Below, in pieces: positions 26,142-32,000 of a stretch of 32,000 bases of DNA (positions are counted from its first letter, which is position 1; each line of letters begins with the position of its first letter). Below the pieces are notes generated by a model. The model was not told the origin of the DNA, made no database searches, and saw only the letters and a program-made list of their open reading frames with translations. Made by a program: the position numbers and the translations under genes. Source of the stretch: Candidatus Saccharimonadota bacterium (GTDB taxonomy: Bacteria > Patescibacteriota > Gracilibacteria > UBA1369 > 2-02-FULL-48-14); NCBI GenBank assembly GCA_016699145.1, contig CP064962.1:870001-902000 (forward strand). The letters run 5' to 3'.

Positions 26142-26411
26142 TCAGCGAAGTGAGCGGATGAGATCTACGGCACTGAAGGGTTCACTCGGGAATCCTTTTT
26201 TTGGGTTGGTCAAGAAGTCAAAAGCATCAGCACGGACTTTTTTGGGAATAGCTTTAGCCCTAGCTTCTCGGGTTTCATAGTCCTCATAATTCATAAGCAC
26301 CGCCACCGGCTTGGCTCTCAAAAAAACAACGATGGGCTCTTTTGACATTTTCACTTTCTTCATAAGTCGGATTGTATTTTTACGCAGGTCTGAAACAGTA
26401 CAAGTAACCAT
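26142..26411 (-). CDS. Phd/YefM-family antitoxin
   Basis: VSDLRKNTIRLMKKVKMSKEPIVVFLRAKPVAVLMNYEDYE fits the Phd/YefM N-terminal pattern. The start is set at the internal ATG at 26411, because the track start at 26462 would overlap alaX. Confidence 0.65.
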   Translation of the reverse strand: MVTCTVSDLRKNTIRLMKKVKMSKEPIVVFLRAKPVAVLMNYEDYETREARAKAIPKKVRADAFDFLTNPKKGFPSEPFSAVDLIRSLR

Positions 26412-26458
26412 AGAGTAATAAAAAAGTAACTCTAAAGTAACACATCCCCACGCAAAAA

Positions 26459-27181
26459 TCAAAGCACTTCATACGCCACACGCACGTGATCTTTGTCTTG
26501 TTTGACCTTGCGAATCTTCACAGCGCCAATATCTGCGAGCTGCCTCACGTGGGTGCCTCCACAGGGCATTGCAAATTCTTCGCCATAGTGCACGAGCCTC
26601 AAGGGTTTTTCGGGCGCAATCGGTGGGACTTCGTAACCTCGTGCCACCAGCTCTCCGGCGGGCAAAAATTCAATCCAGGTCTGAGCATTGTCAAAAATCA
26701 CCTCGGCGCAGCTCGCTTCAATGCGGGCACGCAAGTCTTCTGCATCGCCTTCAATTGCACCCACGTATTCATCATAAGGCCCCTCTGGAAAGTGATAGCC
26801 CTTGAAGGGTTTCCACGTAAGCCCAAGCCGTTTTAAGGCCATGTCCACCACGTGCCCCGCCGAGTGCAAGCGACTGTGCAGAGCTCGTCGCGCAGGGTCC
26901 ACCCGCAATCGCACCCGTTCCCCCACCTCAAAACCACCCGATTCAAAGTGTCCACCATGGTTCACCACGCCTTCCGTAAAACGCACCTCTTCCACACGAA
27001 ACATGCCCCGCGCACTTTCCATCACACCTTGATCAAAGGGCTGGCCCCCGCCTTGCGCATAAAATAAAGTTTGATCCAAAATCACAATGGTTTTGTCTTC
27101 CAGCGGAATCACCGCTTCTACCGTGGCTTCCCCTTCGAGTTGCCACATCTGTTCCATGTAAAGGAGATGAGAGGTATTCAT
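26459..27181 (-). CDS. alaX: alanyl-tRNA editing protein AlaX (AlaX-M type)
   Basis: Zn-binding editing-site motifs HSAGHVV (HxxxH) and CGGTHV (CxxxH). About 240 aa. Confidence 0.85.
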   Translation of the reverse strand: MNTSHLLYMEQMWQLEGEATVEAVIPLEDKTIVILDQTLFYAQGGGQPFDQGVMESARGMFRVEEVRFTEGVVNHGGHFESGGFEVGERVRLRVDPARRALHSRLHSAGHVVDMALKRLGLTWKPFKGYHFPEGPYDEYVGAIEGDAEDLRARIEASCAEVIFDNAQTWIEFLPAGELVARGYEVPPIAPEKPLRLVHYGEEFAMPCGGTHVRQLADIGAVKIRKVKQDKDHVRVAYEVL

Positions 27182-27281
27182 AAATTTAAGTTAAAAATTT
27201 CTGACAAGCACTTGCAAATCATATTTACAAGAAAAAAGGATTTGTAAAATAAGTAATGTCAGTAAAAATTAACAACAAAGT

Positions 27282-28010
27282 ATGCGCGGCCAGCTTGAAA
27301 AACTCGGGTTCAATCCAAAGGAAGTGGAGGTCTATCTGGCTCTCCTCGAATTTGGCACTCAGCCCGCATCCGTCATCGCCAAGAAGACTAAAATCCCCCG
27401 CCCCACGGTGCTTTTTTTATTTGAAAACTTACTCAAAAAAGCCTACATCCGCAAAACTCAGCGCAGTCGCACACAGTACTTTTATGCCGATCCCGCCGAT
27501 CTCCAAACCGCCAAAACCCTTGAACTTGAAAAAGCCAAAGGAGCGCTCGAAGAAGCCATCCCGCTCCTTAAAGAATTCAAAAATCCCTTCACGTCTCAAC
27601 CCAAAGTCACCTTTTTTGAAGGCCTGGATGGCTGTCGCCGTGCCTATTCGCTGCTTTTAGAATCCACCACCGAAGTGCTCGAATTTGCGCCGCACGACGA
27701 CTTGCGCAAAATGGGCGACGATTTCATGGAAGCATTCATGACCGAGCGTGCCCGCCGCAAAATCCTCATCAAACCCATTTGCCCGCGCAACAAAACCCAC
27801 ATCCACTACAAAAAACTGGATAAAAAACACCACCGTAAAATCAAAATGTTCGATCCTAAAAAAGGCACCATTTACTCCTCCATCACCGTTTTTGAAGACA
27901 AAGTGCTCCTTTTAAATCTTTATCAAGACGCTTTCGCCATCCTCATTCAAAACAAACAAGTGGCCGAAACGCTCAAGACGCTCCACAACATGATTTGGGC
28001 TGCTTTGTAG
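27282..28010 (+). CDS. TrmB-family transcriptional regulator
   Basis: N-terminal wHTH LEKLGFNPKEVEVYLALLEFGTQPASVIAKKTKIPRPTVLFLFENLLKKAYI is typical of TrmB-like regulators. Confidence 0.75.
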   Translation: MRGQLEKLGFNPKEVEVYLALLEFGTQPASVIAKKTKIPRPTVLFLFENLLKKAYIRKTQRSRTQYFYADPADLQTAKTLELEKAKGALEEAIPLLKEFKNPFTSQPKVTFFEGLDGCRRAYSLLLESTTEVLEFAPHDDLRKMGDDFMEAFMTERARRKILIKPICPRNKTHIHYKKLDKKHHRKIKMFDPKKGTIYSSITVFEDKVLLLNLYQDAFAILIQNKQVAETLKTLHNMIWAAL

Positions 28011-28017
28011 GGCTAGC

Positions 28018-28914
28018 CTAAAAAGACCCCAGTTTTTTCAGTTGCCTGAATGAGAAGAGGGAGGGTTGGCGTTTTGGAGGGGCATGAAATTGGAGTGACT
28101 GTAGAGAATTCTGGAGAAAAGTTATGAAAGATTCCAGGTTAAAGGTGAGTGATTTCTTTGCAATGAACCCCTTGTAGTTGGAAACAACAGAAGTAACCAG
28201 ACTGTGAGTGAGAGCTTGGACTTTCCTAAACATAAGAACAGAGAGGTTCATTGCAAATTGAGTCAGAGCAATCAAATTGATAAACTTTTTCAGGCTAAGC
28301 ACACGGATTTTCTCCAACTGGAACTTTTGCTTCACTCTCTTAAAACTCTTTTCAATTCCCCATCTTTCCAGATACAAATTCACAATCTGCTCTGCAGTAT
28401 ATGAATCCTTGAGTGAGTAGATGAGCCTTATGGGTTCTTTCCCTTCCAGATGGTTCCGTATGAGCAGATTGTGGCAAAGATCCCCAAGCACTTTTCCATT
28501 TTTCATCAAAAACACTTCGTAGCTTCCTTCAGGCAACTCTTTCACAGAAATCAAGACCCCAGTTTCCTTAAGCACAACCGTTCTGTTTTCCCTTACTCTT
28601 GCGATAAATTGCACTTTTAAGACCTGACGAAGATCTCTAAAAAGTTTCTCATCGTCGTTGCCACGATCAAAGACAAAAATGCCTTTATGATCAAAAACCT
28701 GGGTGAGTTCCTCCAAAATAGCCTTCCTAACCTGTCCCAAGAACTCTTTATCATTGTGATGAAAACGCAGTTTTAGGAGCAGATTGTTCACGCCCACTCC
28801 ATGCAAAAGAAAACCAGGTTCAATGCTCCCTTCACTCGAATCATATACTTGTGACAATTTCTCCATCTTCTTTGCGGAAGGTTTGGAAAGATCTACGAGA
28901 TCATAAGCACTCAC
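28018..28914 (-). CDS. IS4-family DDE transposase, catalytic frame
   Basis: DDE context YDLVDLSK, FVFDRGNDD and the exact Y-2-R-3-E-6-K signature in YLERWGIEKSFKRVK. Confidence 0.82.
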   Translation of the reverse strand: MSAYDLVDLSKPSAKKMEKLSQVYDSSEGSIEPGFLLHGVGVNNLLLKLRFHHNDKEFLGQVRKAILEELTQVFDHKGIFVFDRGNDDEKLFRDLRQVLKVQFIARVRENRTVVLKETGVLISVKELPEGSYEVFLMKNGKVLGDLCHNLLIRNHLEGKEPIRLIYSLKDSYTAEQIVNLYLERWGIEKSFKRVKQKFQLEKIRVLSLKKFINLIALTQFAMNLSVLMFRKVQALTHSLVTSVVSNYKGFIAKKSLTFNLESFITFLQNSLQSLQFHAPPKRQPSLFSFRQLKKLGSF

Positions 28915-29295
28915 TGTGTTTTTTACGAATTTCAGAAGCTACAGCTCTTACTGAGAAATCCTCCACTTTCTTCTGTAAATCAACATTCCCAAGATGATGA
29001 GAGTACTTGTTCCCTTGCTTCTTTGCTGAAACCTCTTTGTTTTGGGCTAAATGCCGAAGTATAGGGGTGGCTTCTACGAAAAGTCCTCTAAGTACTTCAG
29101 CCAAGGCCTTCTTCTGTGGCAGGGTTAAACCTGTAAATATACTTCGGCATTTATTTGTAATGAAATCTTGGATATATTTGTTCATGGCTAAAATCTGTTA
29201 TTTTTTAAAGGTGGTTCTTCAAAATTTAACACCCATTTTAGCCTTACCCTAAAACAAAATCTCCAATTCACTCTCTTAAAACTGGGGTCTTTTTA
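28019..29295 (-). mobile_element. IS4-family insertion sequence, near intact
   Basis: Perfect 18-bp inverted repeats TAAAAAGACCCCAGTTTT (28019-28036) and AAAACTGGGGTCTTTTTA (29278-29295). 9-bp direct target duplication GGGCTAGCC (28010-28018 and 29296-29304). Confidence 0.88.
28901..29185 (-). CDS. IS4-family transposase, N-terminal frame
   Basis: It overlaps the downstream frame. The frames differ by one nucleotide at an A6 run (T6 on the plus strand, 28909-28914). Confidence 0.7.
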   Translation of the reverse strand: MNKYIQDFITNKCRSIFTGLTLPQKKALAEVLRGLFVEATPILRHLAQNKEVSAKKQGNKYSHHLGNVDLQKKVEDFSVRAVASEIRKKHSECL

Positions 29296-29360
29296 GGGCT
29301 AGCCTATTGACTGAAAGTTAAAATATATCTAGACTCCAGCCTTTAAAAAGCGAGCGCACC

Positions 29361-30428
29361 ATGGAAGGTATACCTGAAAGACAAGAAGATGCAAAGCAAG
29401 ATGGAGCTTTGTCACAGCTCTATCTGCCCAGCATTCCCAATTATTTGAGCGCTACAGTAGTCCACTTACTCGATCCCTTTGCAAAAGGTATTCCTGCAGA
29501 TGATGTGTTAGGAATGGGTCAAGTGTTAGGACCCACTCTCATCACAAGAATGAAAATTGAAGAACTAGGCATCTACCTTCAAAATGCTTTGAATATAGGC
29601 CCAAGTGACCTCCAGCCCAAAATAAAAAGTGTTGCAGATCTTTTGAGAAAAATAAGAAATCCTTATTTCGAACAAAGAGGTGGAAACTTTGTAGTCAACA
29701 CTAGGGAGTTGCCAGAATTTACTGAGGAAGATGTAAAAACCGTTGTACGCAGAGCTGGCCTCACATGGCTAAGAGACCAGTTTCAGGAAAGAGTCGCAGC
29801 GAGTGTAGCAGATATCCATGAAGAAATTCCCTTACGCAGAGCAGAACAAGCTATTTTGGAAAAACTCTTAATCGCAGGAGGTAAAAAAGTAAAATTTCAA
29901 AATCTCGAAAATCCAGACCATGATTTGGATGAAATCTTAACAAACTTGCGACGTAAGTTGGACACTCACTTTGGGATTAAAACACTCCCAGCCAGTGCAA
30001 AAAGTGTTAAGGCAGATGACTCACTGCTAGAACTATTAGACATTCCGAGTTTAGGAGAGATTTCAAGCGATCATCGGATTGCTTTTGGTGATGAATTGCC
30101 GGTTCCTGCGCTCATTCTTGCAGAAAAAATGCCTTTTGATAGAAATGTAGGCGTACCTAGAAATGGAAGAAAGCAGGTGGATTACATCAGTCTAACGGAA
30201 AGAGCAGACGCCATTGACGCCATTCTTCATCATCTTTTATCTTTGAGAAATCTGGGCATCGATAGCCTGAGCGGCACAATTAGAGCACTTAAAAGCGGGC
30301 AAAGGTTTCTGAGGCCAAAAGAAGTTTCTCCGCTCCAGTCAGTCACACAAAGCGTAGACGTTGTCCGGCCAGCCCTTCCTACCGTAGTTGTGGTTCGCAG
30401 AAATGCAGCAAATAATGCTGCAAAATAA
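29361..30428 (+). CDS. hypothetical protein with an OmpR/PhoB-like winged-helix-looking segment
   Basis: 355-aa ORF. The segment LRRAEQAILEKLLIAGGKKVKFQNL ... LDEILTNLRRKLDTHFG resembles trans_reg_C helices. Weak call. Confidence 0.5.
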   Translation: MEGIPERQEDAKQDGALSQLYLPSIPNYLSATVVHLLDPFAKGIPADDVLGMGQVLGPTLITRMKIEELGIYLQNALNIGPSDLQPKIKSVADLLRKIRNPYFEQRGGNFVVNTRELPEFTEEDVKTVVRRAGLTWLRDQFQERVAASVADIHEEIPLRRAEQAILEKLLIAGGKKVKFQNLENPDHDLDEILTNLRRKLDTHFGIKTLPASAKSVKADDSLLELLDIPSLGEISSDHRIAFGDELPVPALILAEKMPFDRNVGVPRNGRKQVDYISLTERADAIDAILHHLLSLRNLGIDSLSGTIRALKSGQRFLRPKEVSPLQSVTQSVDVVRPALPTVVVVRRNAANNAAK

Positions 30429-30558
30429 AAGCAGTCCTACTGAAAGGGGTGGATGAGGCCTACGTCTCTGATCAAACTTTCTACGAATTTGATTTTGCAA
30501 CGAGCAGTGAGTGGTAAATCGTGAAAGTAGATCCGCAGTTGTCCCATTTATTAATCCA

Positions 30559-30801
30559 TCATCTCATCCATTCCATCATGGGAGACATCATTTCGTCCAT
30601 ACCCCGATAAGCGATGGCCGACGTTAGGAGCAATCCAAGAATGCTCACAACCAAACTCACCCACAGGATGGTCTTAAGACTTTCCTTGTTGGCAAAACGG
30701 ATGAGCCAAACCACTCCTGCGGCAAAAGCAAAAAGAAATAAAAAGGCGAAGAAAAAGTGGATATGGATCCATACGGCGTAAGAAGAAGATGCGTACATCA
30801 T
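30559..30801 (-). CDS. small two-TM membrane protein
   Basis: 80-aa ORF with two hydrophobic helices. Confidence 0.4.
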   Translation of the reverse strand: MMYASSSYAVWIHIHFFFAFLFLFAFAAGVVWLIRFANKESLKTILWVSLVVSILGLLLTSAIAYRGMDEMMSPMMEWMR

Positions 30802-30825
30802 ATAAAAGGGGTTAAGAAATCAGTT

Positions 30826-31317
30826 TTAAGGTTGAAAGTACCACTCAGGCTCAAAACGAACCTCCTTAACTTCAGAAAACTGGCTCGCAGTTCTTTCAAT
30901 TTGCATCCACAGTACGCTCACTCTACAAGATCCACCACTCGTCTTATTCAGCGGATCGTCGAAGGTAAGAGTAAGCACTCCTCGTTTCAAATCTGTACCG
31001 ACGAGTTCCAAACCAGCCAAAGGATACTCTGTGCCAATCCCTCTATCTTGCTCCTCTTCCGTCAGTCCTCCTTGGATGAGAAGTTGGAGCGTATCTTCAA
31101 TAAGGGTTTCAGAATTTGGAATGATGCGCTCCACCGGCTCAAGTCCCTGCTCACTGCACATTAAATTCCCTTCCTCATCAGTGTCTTTCTCCTCATTATA
31201 GTAATAAAGTTCAACAGTTTGATTTTCCGCAACACAGTTAAAGCAAATAAAGAAGTGGAAGGCTAAAACAAGAACGGTAAGAGTAATAAGACCGATAAGA
31301 AAAATGGTTTTATTCAA
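30826..31317 (-). CDS. GerMN-domain-like secreted/anchored protein
   Basis: N-terminal anchor, then VELYYYNEE ... VERIIPNSETLIEDTLQLLIQGGLTEEE ... GVLTLTFDD ... GGSCRVSVLWMQIERTASQFSEVKEVRFEPE, matching the GerMN pattern. TTG start. Confidence 0.55.
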   Translation of the reverse strand: MNKTIFLIGLITLTVLVLAFHFFICFNCVAENQTVELYYYNEEKDTDEEGNLMCSEQGLEPVERIIPNSETLIEDTLQLLIQGGLTEEEQDRGIGTEYPLAGLELVGTDLKRGVLTLTFDDPLNKTSGGSCRVSVLWMQIERTASQFSEVKEVRFEPEWYFQP

Positions 31318-31436
31318 TGTGAATAGGTTTATTCATGCTTTCTTAAATCTCTATAAATACCTTACTCCCTAAAAGGTGCCTTGCATAATCCCAAAGGCAA
31401 ATCCAGCCACAAAGAGAAAATTTTGATGACACCTTC

Positions 31437-31591
31437 TAGAGGCTATCTCAAAAAAAAGGAAAGGACAAGAACGCAGAGGATTTTAAGCTTTTGTAAGCAA
31501 AATAATCCAGTTCTTGCCTTTAAGAGTGGAAGGATAGGCACGAAATCAGTGCCGTCCTAAGCACTCTGGTCTTTTTTTGAGATAGCCTCTA
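31437..31591. repeat. structured intergenic repeat, copy 2 (155 nt, no insertion)
   Basis: Arms TAGAGGCTATCTCAAAAAAAA / TTTTTTTGAGATAGCCTCTA. The interior is near-identical to 5721-5927. Confidence 0.75.
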
Positions 31592-31634
31592 AACTTGCAT
31601 GTGTTCTACTAAGATAGAGACTGAATAAAGAATC

Positions 31635-31868
31635 ATGCACCTTGCCATTTGGCTCATTTTCATTTTTCTAGGCCTAAGCTCTTTTTTAGGCTGGCTCCTT
31701 GTCGTGCACAATGTGAAAAAGTTCACAAGCTTCCAAAACGACACCTTTTTCAAAGTGAGAGCAGATCAAAGAACATCACTCCGAGCCATTCTTTTCTTGT
31801 ATGGCTTCGGCACGCTCGCCATTTTATTCCTTATTTTTGGATTTTTATATTTGAGATATGGCTTCTGA
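31635..31868 (+). CDS. small two-TM membrane protein
   Basis: 77-aa hydrophobic ORF. An alternative overlapping frame (31649-31891) looks less protein-like. Confidence 0.4.
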   Translation: MHLAIWLIFIFLGLSSFLGWLLVVHNVKKFTSFQNDTFFKVRADQRTSLRAILFLYGFGTLAILFLIFGFLYLRYGF

Positions 31869-32000
31869 AAATCAACAAGATGAAAAATTAGTAGAGCTTG
31901 TCAAAAAACATTGGATGTATTTATTCAGGCCGCTCTCTTTGTATTCATTAGGATGGGGCCTTTGCCTCACATTTTTTATTTTTGCAGACGCACTTTTCTT
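31858..32000 (+). CDS. hypothetical membrane protein, 5' part (continues beyond window)
   Basis: ATG at 31858 overlaps the previous stop. It reads MASENQQDEKLVELVKKHWMYLFRPLSLYSLGWGLCLTFFIF and is open to the window end. It may be YdbT/bPH-like, but that is not established. Confidence 0.3.
   Translation, partial: MASENQQDEKLVELVKKHWMYLFRPLSLYSLGWGLCLTFFIFADALF

Noticed and set aside
27256-27660. 134-aa ORF overlapping the TrmB-like gene in another frame
   Set aside because: It is Ser/Pro/Lys low-complexity, and the TrmB-like frame has a clear wHTH motif.

Overview
Bacterial chromosomal window using the standard genetic code: TGA ends conserved genes at the expected lengths. GC-richer housekeeping blocks alternate with visibly AT-richer accessory DNA. 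The housekeeping genes are a PcrA/UvrD helicase 3' part, an S41 peptidase, gpmI, msrA, a PhnB-like VOC protein, lemA plus a TPM-domain gene, DUF378, DUF1761, an RRM RNA-binding protein, a nitroreductase, a PIN/Phd toxin-antitoxin pair, alaX and a TrmB-like regulator. There are two tRNA-Ser genes on the minus strand, with anticodons CGA (7890-7979) and UGA (20784-20874). The main result is the accessory region of about 8.9-20.8 kb that ends at tRNA-Ser(UGA). The 10-nt tRNA 3'-end core TGGCGGAGAG recurs four more times in the same orientation, at 14696, 15224, 15964 and 17288. Each copy is followed by a conserved tail that reads as the C-terminus of a large serine recombinase, and the tails differ almost only at synonymous third-codon positions. 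These cores cut the DNA into modules of 528, 740, 1324 and 3496 bp. The modules carry lipoprotein genes, a CIRCE-controlled hsp20 with a bPH_2 gene, and a 5'-truncated recombinase ORF that runs into the tRNA. I read this as a decayed tandem or cassette-like array built by a recombinase whose gene spans its own att site. A ~155-nt structured intergenic element also occurs twice (5721-5927 and 31437-31591), and its outer stem differs between copies by compensatory changes. Three IS elements are present: a decayed IS5-family copy, a decayed IS30-family copy, and a near-intact IS4-family copy with a 9-bp target duplication. There is also a Fic gene remnant and an apparent frameshift in the S41 peptidase gene. 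I saw no CRISPR array or rRNA. All functional calls rest on motif recognition by eye; no database search was possible.
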